Shown: positions 1-10,600 of the stretch, in pieces
Layout of the letters: the number at the start of each line of letters is the position of its first letter
Position numbering within the stretch: position 1 is the first letter of the stretch
NCBI GenBank assembly: GCA_024626585.2
Contig: JANKJI020000002.1
Location: 75,545,503 to 75,564,478, forward strand
Length of the DNA stretch: 18,976 nt
Source of the DNA: Ginkgo biloba
Lineage: Eukaryota; Plantae; Ginkgophyta
Direction: 5' to 3'
The notes under the pieces: generated by a model
Seen by the model: the letters and a program-made list of their open reading frames with translations, nothing else
Databases searched by the model: none
What the model was told of the DNA's origin: nothing
Made by a program: the position numbers and the translations under genes

Positions 1-623
1 GTGAATCACAATCGTAAGATACATAAAGGAAAGTGGAGAATTTGAATTCAAATGATTGATAGTTGTCTTTATTTATTATAGTTTGCAAGCATGTGACAAG
101 TTCTTTCTAGAGTTTTCTAGAAGATGCAACTTGCATAATTATGAGAAAAGATGACAAATATTGACCAGAGAGCTTGATGAGAGATCTAGGGAGGGTGCTT
201 CTTGGTAAATTCAGAGGGTTAAAGAGAACCCTGGGAGATTTTTAGCATCTTGGAGGTTTGAAGCCTTAGGAGCTCATTGTGAGAAGCAAGTAGAGAGCTC
301 GAGGAGAGATCTAGGGAGAGAGCTTCTTGGTAAATTCAGAGGCTTAAAGAGAACCCTGGGAGATTTTCAGCATCTTAGAAGTTTGAAACCTTAGGAGCTC
401 ATTGTGAGAAGCAAATATGTGCCCAAGAACCTCTCCCATTAGGTAGAGTCAATCTAGTGTCTCTTATAAACTCTATGTATATGCTCATGTTTGTTAAGTT
501 TATAGGATATAAAATGTTGTGATTGTGACATACGAAGCAAGTATAGTGCTTTATTTTGGCATGTATTAAATCAACATGAATAATTGAAAACTATTCAAAG
601 CCATTCGTACTTTGGTTTATACA
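1..623 (-). mobile_element. LTR family A, copy 1 (partial; continues beyond the left edge of the window)
   Basis: Aligns by eye with 4611-4722 and 12295-12650, e.g. AGTTGTCTTTAT and TTGGAGGTTTGAAGCCTTAGGAGCTCATTGTGAG vs TTGGAGGTTTTGTAACCTTGGGAGCCCACTGTAAG. Homology ends at ...TTTGGTTTATACA (623), matching ...CTAGGTGTTGCA (12801). This gives TG... 5' termini on the minus strand. Confidence 0.75.
167..414. repeat. Two-copy 125-bp tandem duplication inside LTR A copy 1
   Basis: GAGATCTAGGGAG at 181 and 306; GAGAAGCAA at 281 and 406. The period is exactly 125 bp and the copies differ only by scattered substitutions. Confidence 0.95.
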
Positions 624-1939
624 GATTGGTATACTTAAAAAATGATGATTATTTCTTTGTAGTAAAATGTTTACATAAACTGCCTTGAGTTTTATTAAAT
701 CTATTTGGAATATTATTGTAGGAATTGTGTGAGAGGGAGAGAGCNNNNNNNNNNNNNNNNNNNNNNNNNNNNNNNNNNNNNNNNNNNNNNNNNNNNNNNN
801 NNNNNNNNNNNNNNNNNNNNNNNNNNNNNNNNNNNNNNNNNNNNNNNNNNNNNNNNNNNNNNNNNNNNNNNNNNNNNNNNNGAAATTAGATCACGAAGAT
901 ATGTGGCCTCGAGCTGAATGGTTAATAGCCGGGATGAATATGTTATTCTTATCTCAGATTCTAATTAATTTTGTGTAATTAGAGTGCAGTAATCTTCGAG
1001 TATTAACACGGTTATACAAGCCAAAACCATCGATATAGCCTCCCTTGGTCCTCAATGACTGTAGAAATGTTACCTTCAGTTTGGATAGCCTGGAATTGGT
1101 CTTTCCAAGATAGTGCTGCTAGCGATTCTTTTCCTCCTCATAACCTCTGTTATTCTTCCAACACCTCTGGCTGGGCATGTTAAATTTGATCTGAGATGAG
1201 AGAGCTAGGGCAGTGATTCCCAAGGGAACCCCAACTCTCTCCAAGCGGACCTACCAGACCCTATGCTATTGAAAGCAAAGCGTTAATGTTAACACCAGGA
1301 ATTAGGGAAGGATTATTCTCCCAAATGTTCTATTTACTTTATTATTAGTTAGATGATAATAATCACAAATTTGCCACGGGTGCATACCTTCAACCCAGCG
1401 CTGCCCCGCCCGCTCTCCCTCCGCCCTGCCTTGCCCTCCCTCTCCACTCCTGCACCNNNNNNNNNNNNNNNNNNNNNNNNNNNNNNNNNNNNNNNNNNNN
1501 NNNNNNNNNNNNNNNNNNNNNNNNNNNNNNNNNNNNNNNNNNNNNNNNNNNNNNNNNNNNNNNNNNNNNNNNNNNNNNNNNNNNNNNNNNNNNNNNNNNN
1601 NNNNNNNNNNNNNNNNNNNNNNNNNNNNNNNNNNNNNNNNNNNNNNNNNNNNNNNNNNNNNNNNNNNNNNNNNNNNNNNNNNNNNNNNNNNNNNNNNNNN
1701 NNNNNNNNNNNNNNNNNNNNNNNNNNNNNNNNNNNNNNNNNNNNNNNNNNNNNNNNNNNNNNNNNNNNNNNNNNNNNNNNNNNNNNNNNNNNNNNNNNNN
1801 NNNNNNNNNNNNNNNNNNNNNNNNNNNNNNNNNNNNNNNNNNNNNNNNNNNNNNNNNNNNNNNNNNNNNNNNNNNNNNNNNNNNNNNNNNNNNNNNNNNN
1901 NNNNNNNNNNNNNNNNNNNNNNNNNNNNNNNNNNNTTTT

Positions 1940-2720
1940 TTCTTGCTTTTCTTTTTTTCTATGAAGTCAAAAGTCTTCAAAGCCCTTTTGCCTCTTTAGC
2001 TCTTGGTTACGACCTTCTTCCATATGAATAATAAAATTCCTAAGCCTCCCTACGGTGATAGACATCATTTTGACTAGTTTGCGATATATTTTTTGAACCT
2101 ATGCATTAAAGGCTTTTTCTCTTGAGTATGTTGTCATCCATATGTCTTGCACTAATTTTTTGATTAAATTGACTAAAGTTGCAACCATAGGGTAGATCTC
2201 TGTAAAGCTCCCTAGACACCTTTTCTCCTTGAAACCATATCAAAAGGTGTCATATTAAGCCAAAATTTCATAGGCATGTTTGTCTTGACTCCCAACATAT
2301 CCCTACCAAGTTTTAGATCCTAACTCCATCTCTATCTTGAGTGATTAATCTAGGAATGCTTAAAGCCTCATGTATCCATGTAAGTCGAAAGTCACTTAGG
2401 CTGATGACTTTCATTCTAGAGGTCTACACCATCCAAACCTTCAGGGTTAAGCATGTTCTCATTCTCTACACATAACAATGATGTCCATATCTTCCCATCC
2501 TAACTCTACCATGACCAAAAGAGCAATTGGATCAAGTTCTTTAGCTTGCTTATTATCATCTGCTTAATGCCTTTCACTTTCTTCTTTGTTACCTACATAC
2601 TAATCTAACTTTTCCTCTAGTGGGAAAAACTTTAATGGCTCTATTATTGGTGGCAAGTCCCCTATTTGGTTGGGGTCAAAATTTAAATCAAATTTCCCTT
2701 TAGCCTTGTTTCCTAGGGTT
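1940..2720 (-). pseudogene. Decayed ORF of unknown identity, probably retroelement-internal
   Basis: Long minus-strand reading segments broken by isolated stops: TLGNKAKGKFDLNFDPNQIGDLPPIIEPLKFF..., KVISLSDFRLTWIHEALSIPRL..., ATLVNLIKKLVQDIW... No diagnostic motif. Confidence 0.35.
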
Positions 2721-2759
2721 GCTCCGTAGGTGGCGCATCTACGCTAGTCGGATTAGAGA

Positions 2760-4150
2760 GCTTGAAAATTTGAAATCAACCTCTAGTGCGTCTATTGAGA
2801 TGTTTAATCAAATGCTATTACAAGTATTTTAGTATGCTTCTTCATCAAATTCAATCGTTGGAAGACTTCGGTAAGTTGGCATAATTAGTACAATTTTAGT
2901 CATGGATTTTTATCAACAACATGAATACTTTTTGGGATCATTGTAGCATGCCTTGTAGAGGTATAGACTACCAATATTGCAACATGCTCATCATGCATAT
3001 AATTAGCCTTATTATGGCTCTTCTGTTGTCCCCTCTCCCTTTTCTTCTTCTTATTTCTATAAGGATGCCATATGCACTATCATATGGCAATCATTATGCT
3101 GAATTAGAGGCATACACCATTGTAGCAACTCAACGATCAAATGGACAAGAGTATAGTCTTCAAAGTGACCCATATAAGCCAAGTTTATTGCAGAAAATGG
3201 TGCAACAAGAAGGGAAGACAATCGTGGCATATCTAGAAGATTTAAGACATTGAAGGACTCCTTGGGAATCAAGGATGGAGGCTAGATAGTGGCCTCTTAT
3301 TTTGTGAATGGTTTGTAGCCTTCATTCAGGGAGAGAATCTTTAGCTATGCACAAGTGAATCTCATGGTAGCTATATTGAATGCTTTTGCTTATGAATAAG
3401 CAATCCAATTGAAGGACAAACTAACTCAAGAGAGTGAGCAATTAATTGCCATTGAAGAAATCATCTCAGTTCATTAATTGGAGCTAAAAGAAGATAAGCC
3501 ACAAGTGTAGATGAATCATAGTTGAAGAGGTCAAACTCATGCCCTCTGCTAGCAACAATACTAGAACAGAGAGAGTAACCAACGCTCTTGAATTATGGAA
3601 GCATGGATCAAGGGAGCAACAATGAAGCTGAAAATAAAATTCAACAAGAAGAAGGACAACATGTGGACTTAGTTGAGCCACAAATTTAGTGTCAATTTGA
3701 GGAATGTGAGCATGAAATCATGAAGGACAACTTAGCTACAAAAATTGAGAAAATTTAGCAAAATATTGAAGAAGAAATCGAAGAAGAACATCATGAAGAA
3801 AGCACTATACTTATTAAAATTTAGGATAGTAGGTAAGCTAATCAAGGAATTGAATTTGTACATTGTCATAAGTTTGAAATTATAGTGATTCAAGAAGAGG
3901 TCATAGGTATAGCACTATCAAAATATGAAGAATAGAGTGCCCATTCACTTAACATCAAAGAAAGAGTAGAAACCAATATGCATTCAGCTCAAGGCTATAG
4001 TGGCATAGCCACCAAAGGTGATCTCACTATATAGACTAGTCAATTAGTTCAAGGGATGATGGTTGTAGAAGAGAAATTTAAGACTGGGCATTTAGAATTC
4101 CAAGTACTATCCCTATATCCATTGGGTGAAAATATTAAGGAAATATACGA
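2760..4150 (+). pseudogene. Degenerate retrotransposon gag-like region with Glu-rich extension
   Basis: LQKMVQQEGKTIVAYLEDL (end of ORF 2921-3253) resembles the gag major-homology region. YFVNGL*PSFRERI at ~3298-3339 matches the gag F..GL...I motif. An A/G-rich, Glu-codon-rich stretch follows. Confidence 0.6.
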
Positions 4151-4322
4151 GAAGGTAGGGTTGCTTGCCTACAGATTTGAAACATTTAGATTTTAATCCT
4201 TAGTCCTAAATGGGTTGGTCATTAGCATTGCTTCATAGTGCCACCAACATTGATGTGGGTGCACAGAGCACTATTGGTTGTTGATTTGCAGGAGATTATG
4301 GGTCCTAGGTTCGGGTCAGCCA

Positions 4323-4338
4323 CCCTTGTGAGTCACCA
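4323..4338 (-). promoter_or_regulatory. Primer-binding site (tRNA-Arg-like, TGGCGACTC type) of family A copy 2
   Basis: The minus strand reads ...GGGCTCGACA tc TGGTGACTCACAAGGG. The second copy (6857-6872) reads TAGCAACTCATAGGGG. Their consensus TGGCGACTC is the PBS type known from Ogre/Tat elements. Confidence 0.6.
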
Positions 4339-4340
4339 GA

Positions 4341-4722
4341 TGTCGAGCCCAATTTTGGCCTCAATCGGGATATCGTTTGGCATGACCTGAACCGATCGAC
4401 TTTAAGGTTCCAAATTCCTTAATGACACACTTGCTCCTCTCTGCCACCTAGTTGGCATTGTCGTGATCGCACTTCATGTGCCCGACACGAGTAGTTTAAT
4501 GTAATTTCTTAAAAATTTATTGTAATTGAGTGGCACATTTAATTAAAAGTGCACTCATAAATAATTAAAGTGATCATATGAATGTAATATGTAAAGATAA
4601 TGCTATAAAAGAGCAATTACAACCGTAAGGTAAAACGGAGCAAATGGTATTCAAAATATGAGAGAATTCAAATGTTTGTTAGTTGTCTCCTTATGTGACA
4701 ATTTGTAAGCCTATGACAACTT
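4341..4722 (-). mobile_element. LTR family A, copy 2 (3' part of a 5' LTR; cut by a gap)
   Basis: Edge TGTCGAGCCCAATTTTGG on + is shared with 6874 (TGTTAAGTCCAATTTTGG) and 12020 (TATTAAGCCCAATTTTTGG). Shared blocks include CCTAGTTGGCATTG and AAAGTGCACTCATAAATA. Confidence 0.75.
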
Positions 4723-4891
4723 NNNNNNNNNNNNNNNNNNNNNNNNNNNNNNNNNNNNNNNNNNNNNNNNNNNNNNNNNNNNNNNNNNNNNNNNNNNNNN
4801 NNNNNNNNNNNNNNNNNNNNNNCAAAAATATTTTTTCCCTTAACACATGGGTCACGCTTGCAACTTTAGGTCTTATAGATGATGAGGTACC

Positions 4892-5467
4892 TGTAGACAC
4901 CTAAAATACACCACTTTAATTTCATTATCAACTAACATTTTTACATTAATCAACACAAATCCCATTAATATCATTTCATGGTTCTTTAGCTAATAAATCA
5001 CTATTAATTAGTTAATTAACTCCTCACTAGGTTCATGCACCTAAAGCCACTAAAAAATTAAAAAACCTAACTAAAGTCATGCATGCCTAAATCTATTCAA
5101 AAAATCCAAAAATAAAAAAGCGTGCATGCTCTCCATGCAAAAGCGGCTCATTATCCCATGTAAAATCACCTTCTTTATTCATCATGCAAAGCGACTCATT
5201 ATTCATTCATTGAGGGAGATGCATTCATCAAGGGAGGGAGGCCATTATCTTTAGGCATTCATTCAAATCTTCTTGGCACTCCATCCTCCATGGATGAAAA
5301 TAATCTTGCATGGGAAATCATCAAGCAACCAACAACACATTGGAGTGAATCCATACAATGAAGGAGGTTTGAATTTTCTCCTTTATCTTGCTCCAATCTG
5401 AGGTTTGTGTCTTGATCTATCATAGGAGTCTAGTAGTAGTCTAAGATTTCTAACATAGCATCAGATC
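4892..5467 (+). mobile_element. LTR family B (TG...CA, ~564 bp) plus degenerate tRNA-Met(i) PBS
   Basis: Starts TGTAGACACCTAAAA (4892) and ends ...TTTCTAACA (5455). It is immediately followed by TAGCATCAGATC, a 9/12 match to TGGTATCAGAGC. No coding region is recognisable downstream. Confidence 0.55.
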
Positions 5468-6399
5468 TAATATGCAATCAGTTTATAATGCACTTGAATG
5501 TAAAATATGGCCATATTATAGAGAGTTACTTTATATATTACTTCATCTTTCTAAATATGATTACAATAATTTGGGTTTGAAAGTTATTCACGATAATATC
5601 AAAAGTCATTTATTATAATATAGGGGTACATTATGATTGAAATTATTTCTATTATTTATGGTCCATCCTAAATAATCCACTAACTAATGTCATGGAACAT
5701 GGAGCTTGCGTTTATATTTTAAATTTCTAAAGTATAAGCCATCATCGATATTTTTTTTTAAACATAAAAATCGTGCTTGAATTTATTCATTCCTATCACC
5801 ATGTAGAGTATAATAGTGGCCTTTTTATTTTTGATATTATGCGTATGCAAAGTTACTATTAATTATATTTGATCTTTTGGTAGGCTCTTGGTGAGATGAC
5901 TTATTGGTTCAAAAGTGCCTTGGTAGTAGTACTTGTGAAAGGATACCTTCATCTAAGTGGTTATTATTCTCGATATGGTCAAGAGGGTAGATTGGAGTTA
6001 TCCTGCTAGTATGTTGATGGTAAGATTTTATATTGTGCCCTGGGTTGTTATCTTTAACATCATGGGTTCTCTATAATATGTGCAAGTAGACATACACTTA
6101 GAGTGCTTCTTTTATTGGTTAATTCTGATCCCCAATCTATTAATATTATATTATTATTAGTTCCCTATTTAATTCTTTTTTTTTTCTTTTAATGATTTTT
6201 ACAAATGAATTTTTTCAATTACTATACTAAGTCTCTTTTTTTAATTTATTTTCAAATATCTATCTATTAGCATATAACTATTGTATCAAAAATAGGGAAC
6301 GAAATTGAATATGGAAAATCTTTGTATGTAGGAATTATTTGCAATAGGCAACAAACTAGTTTTTATCTATTAATGTTGAGCCTATTTTCTTTATCTTAC

Positions 6400-7120
6400 A
6401 AGTTGTAAGTTTGAAATTATAGTAACTCAGTAAGAAGACAAAGGTATAACACCATCAAAATGTGAACAATAGATCATCCATTCACTTGGCATTAAAGAAA
6501 TAATAGGAATTTGCATGCAATCAACTCAAGGAAATAACATGGACTCCAAAGGTGATATCACTGAGCAGACCAATCAAATGATTTCGCACATGATGGTTAT
6601 AGATGAGGAATTTCATATTCAATAGTTAGGTGTCTATTCCTATCCTTTGGTGCCTTGGCTGGCAACATTAAGGAAATGAAAGAGAACTTAGGGTTGCTTC
6701 CTTGCAGAGTTTAAGAGTTTTGATTCTAATCCTCAATCTTTAGTTGGTTAGCCATTGGCATTGTTTCATAGTGCCACCAACATTGGTGTGGGTGCATTCA
6801 ACACTATGTATTATTGAATTGTACAAGATTATGGGACCTAGGCTCAGATCGAGCCACCCCTATGAGTTGCTAATGTTAAGTCCAATTTTGGTCTCAACTG
6901 AGAAGTCATCCGACATGGATTTTGTTGGCTACTTTTCGCTTTTGCCATGATTTTTCACTTGTTTCCCTTTTTATCGCTTAACTGATATTGCCATGACTAA
7001 CACTTCATGTGTTCGACATGAGCATTTAAATGTAGTTTGATAAATTTTTATGTAGTTATGATACACATGTAAATTAACGTGCACATAATGGATGTAAAAG
7101 GTAAAATTAATGTTATAAAA
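6400..7120 (-). mobile_element. Family A copy 3: internal fragment (6400-6856), PBS (6857-6872) and LTR part (6874-~7120)
   Basis: Collinear with ~3865-4610. Shared words: TAAGTTTGAAATTATAGT (3869/6406), CCAAAGGTGAT, ATTAAGGAAAT, TAGGGTTGCTT and TTCATAGTGCCACCAACATTG. Confidence 0.85.
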
Positions 7121-7910
7121 GGTTGTTCAAAATAGTGGGTAGTTGGCCACTGATGGGAAGATGAATGCACTTCTAAGAAGCTCATGGAAGGTTTTTCACC
7201 ATTGAGAAAGTGAAAATATCATATTATGAGATCACTAATAAATGTTGATGTGAATCACTGCCATTGGAGACATGGAGAACATCAGATGGGAGAATGTTTG
7301 ATCATTGTATAATCACTCAAGTAGGAATTTGAGCCACTGGAGCTTGTCGCAAGACACCATAAAGTCTTGGTGGAATAAAGGCCACTGTGAAAATAGGGTC
7401 TGATATGAGGGAACCCTCATGTTTTGACACAACAAAAGGATCTCTTGGAAGGAAATGTCCAATGTCAAATGATTATAGAGAAATATGAATCAATTCAAAA
7501 TCCAAATAAACAAATAGAAAAGGGGCACAGTCACCAAATTTAAAAAATAAAATTAAAATTTTAAAATTTCCTAAGTTTAAAACATTAGGAAAAATCCTTA
7601 TTAAAAAGTTCTTAAGGGACAAAATTTAAAGCACATGTAAAAATAGGAATAACCTCTTTTCTAAGTTTTTACTTTGTCAAAATTAAGTTTTGAAAAGACA
7701 AAGGTGTATAAAATGTAATTATCTTTCATTAAAAAAAGGTCATATGTTCAAATTCTAGTATCTTTCATGATGAACAATGATCATTTAAGTTAAAAACTAG
7801 CTACCTACATNNNNNNNNNNNNNNNNNNNNNNNNNNNNNNNNNNNNNNNNNNNNNNNNNNNNNNNNNNNNNNNNNNNNNNNNNNNNNNNNNNNNNNNNNN
7901 NNNNNNNNNN

Positions 7911-8340
7911 TTTCATAGATTATATAACAAAATGGATGAAAGCTACCCATACACGTCGAGTTTATGCATAAACTACGATTACCTTTGTGATTGGAAATAT
8001 TATGTGTTTGTTTGGTGTTCCATTTGAATTAGTTTTTAATAGGAGCACGTGTTTTTAGAATGAGGCAATGCATCATCTAACACAACAATTAAGAATGAAT
8101 CATATGTTCTCTTCCACTTATTATCCATAGGGTAATGGATTTGCTACGAGTAGGAATAAAACTATGATCATGAATAAATTGCTCATTTATAATTTATATT
8201 GCACCATTGTGAGAAACAAAAGAGACTAACATAAGAAGTTAGAGTTATCCCTATGGGCTTATCACACCACTCATAAGGTATTAATTAGGGCCACTAAATT
8301 ATCATTAGTATAAGGTAGAGAATCCATTTTACCAGTTGAA
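7911..8340 (+). pseudogene. Ty3/gypsy integrase catalytic core (Tat/Athila-type), decayed
   Basis: IDYITKWMKA...IMCLFGVPFELVFNRSTCF*...HMFSSTYYP*GNGFATSRNKT...LWAYHTTHK...LV*GRESILPVE corresponds to the canonical DYFTKWVEA / FGVP / YYPQGNG / WAYRTT / YG.E..LP.E blocks. Multiple stops. Confidence 0.92.
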
Positions 8341-9221
8341 GCAGTGAGTAAATGGGCGTTTGACAGGAATGAAGATGCAGTGAAATAGATGGCAGAGTTG
8401 CACCAATCGAAGATGGAGCCACATGGTGATGCATGTGAGGAAGATGCAAAAACCCAAATACGGAGATGTCTAATGAGAAATCAGCGATGACTTTGAAATG
8501 CTAATGAAGATTGNNNNNNNNNNNNNNNNNNNNNNNAAAACAGTGCAGACCAAGGAGGAAGGTCGTTGCATGGCCTGAGATGGGAACCTTTCAAGTGCCA
8601 TAAGGAGGACGTGGATAGACATGGTCGGTCAAGGCCAGAAATCGCAGTGCTGAGAGCATTCAGGTGCGGTGAGAAAGAAATGCATGCGGCGTTCGTGCAA
8701 GTAGCCTCACATATAGAAAAACACAAAAAAATATAATAACCCTAGAGTTTTTAGAATTGGCTTTTTTTTTCAAAAATGTTTTTTGTAACTTTAACTAGTG
8801 TGTAATATTTTTTAAAGTCTACCCTCATATTTGAAAACTGTGGGCATGTGAATTCAAGGGAGTTGGAGCTAAGTCATTAAGAACTTTTGTTGTCTTTTGC
8901 TAATTCCCTAGTGAAGTGATAAGTCAAAAAGGAATACTTGTTAGGTCAATTTGTTTCTTGGTGACCGTGTAAAGGGGAAGACATTGTGGTGTCATTGTAG
9001 AACATTTTTCGATTGTAACTAATGACAATGACTTAGTGGAAAAGTGTTCTAGTGGTTAAAAAAAGAGGTCTTGAAGTCAGTCCAGGTAAAGACCAATTTT
9101 TTATTGTGTTGTTTCTTAAGTGACCACAATTTTTTGTAAAAGTTTTGTTAAGGTCTTACACTATTGCTAAAGAAGAGCATTAAGTGCGAAGTGAGTCATT
9201 GGTCATCAATCTATTTTTTTT
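8341..9221. mobile_element. Nested insertion (LTR-like, non-coding) interrupting the integrase
   Basis: Integrase homology stops at LPVE (8340) and resumes after 9322. The intervening sequence is non-coding and partly richer in CpG. Candidate termini are TGAAG (8337) and CATCA (9208), but I found no matching TSD. Confidence 0.5.
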
Positions 9222-9321
9222 NNNNNNNNNNNNNNNNNNNNNNNNNNNNNNNNNNNNNNNNNNNNNNNNNNNNNNNNNNNNNNNNNNNNNNNNNNNNNNN
9301 NNNNNNNNNNNNNNNNNNNNN

Positions 9322-9664
9322 CTTTTAGAATGAATTTGATTGACTATCAAGACCTTGAAGATACCTTTCCTTAAGATGGACAAGGATTGATTGGCAATGT
9401 TACAATAGGCAAAGGCACAACAAACACAATTATAACAATGGTTCTAAGAAAATACTAAGCATCGACAGTTTGAGAAAGGTGATTTAGTTTGGCTCTAGGA
9501 TAAGGCTAATGAGAAACATCCTAAGAAGTTTCACTTGTTGTAGTTGCACCCCTACTATATAAATGAAGACTTTGGTAATGATTCCTTTGATCTAGTTATA
9601 CTAGATTGCTGACAATTTATTCACTCAATTAATGGGAAATTGTTGAAACATTACATCACTTAAT
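9322..9664 (+). pseudogene. Integrase C-terminal region (GPY/F module), end of pol
   Basis: RQFEKGDLVWL*DKANEKHPKKFHLL*LHPYYINEDFGNDSFDL...INGKLLKHYIT* matches F..GDLV / KF...W.GPY / NG..LK.Y of non-chromoviral gypsy integrases. No chromodomain follows. Confidence 0.88.
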
Positions 9665-10289
9665 TGGGATTGCAGCTAGCATAGGGCCATTAAATGTATA
9701 TATGTATATAAGTAGGATAGTAAGCCTTGAAAAGGTAGAGGTCTTTGCTCAACATTTGGATTAACTTAGTAATGTGGATGATTATACCCATAATAGTTTT
9801 TTGAAGTGGTTGTATTACCCCATAGTCATTGTCGCCTTTCAATAAAGTCAACAAGGATGAATGAAGTTATGGTAGTACTACTAAAAGTACTGTGTACCAA
9901 TATATGGTGGAAATTGGAGAGGGAATGTAATAAAGAAAAAATGTTATAAGAAAATAAGAGAGTAGACATTTAGCATCTTCCTCACTTTATAATGTTAAGG
10001 TAATGAAGGAAAAAGAGTATTGGTGTGCATAGAGTCATCCATACAACTAATGGTTTAAAGTACACAAGGAAAAAATGTGCATCAATCTGATAGAGTTTTT
10101 GTAATTAGTCTAGGATTCATGCCTCAAGTCGAGTTGTTTCCTACTAGTCACTAGATATTGAGGCAAAATCCATCTCAGTAAGCATTAGGAATTATTTTAG
10201 TCTTAATTAATATACGAATTAATTCAACTAGTAAAATGTTTATATTTGATAATAACTGACTTCCCCTTTTTAAGATCGCTAGCCAATCG

Positions 10290-10600
10290 ATGAAAGACAC
10301 ATACTCCCCTCGATGGATGGTCGAGTGATTCGTGCAAGCTAGAGAATTAGGATATCAAGGGAATATTCTTTCCCTTCCCTACTTGAGTTTCTTAGGCTCA
10401 CCAGGGATCAAGGACATGATTGATAAGACCACCAACTAATCAACAAAAGACACATATTCCCTTTCTTGTTTGAGTGCTTCCCATACGCTAAGAAATCAAG
10501 GAATTATAGGAATATTCCTTCCCTTCCTTGGTTGAGTCAATATGGCTTGTCAGGGATGAGGATGAAGTTATGATACAAAGGCATATTACTTTTTAGTACT
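10290..10600. repeat. Degenerate tandem array in the non-coding region 3' of pol
   Basis: GGAATATTCYTTCCCTTCC...TTGAGT...GGCT...CAGGGAT at ~10359 and ~10509. AAAGACACATAYTCCC at ~10293 and ~10446. Period is about 150 bp. Confidence 0.7.

Noticed and set aside
167-414. CRISPR-like interpretation of the repeats here and at 10290-10600
   Set aside because: These are contiguous long tandem units without unique spacers, there are no cas genes, and the context is eukaryotic TE sequence.
624-638. TGGTAT after CA at 623 as a plus-strand Met PBS
   Set aside because: Only 6 nt match, it is absent after copy 4, and the conserved PBS lies at the other LTR end on the minus strand.
705-1980. Long ORFs 705-917, 1353-1964 and 1390-1980, and other X-filled ORFs in the track
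   Set aside because: They are open only because N-runs contain no stop codons.
2061-2077. 17-nt match GACATCATTTTGACTAG with ~12059-12075
   Set aside because: I could not extend the match on either side, so it is insufficient to call a fifth LTR copy.
6374-6388. TGTTGAGCCTATTTT resembling the LTR A edge
   Set aside because: Too short and does not extend into LTR sequence.
7124-7810. Possible further LTR truncating family A copy 3
   Set aside because: No second copy, PBS or terminus is visible before the gap, so it is left unannotated.
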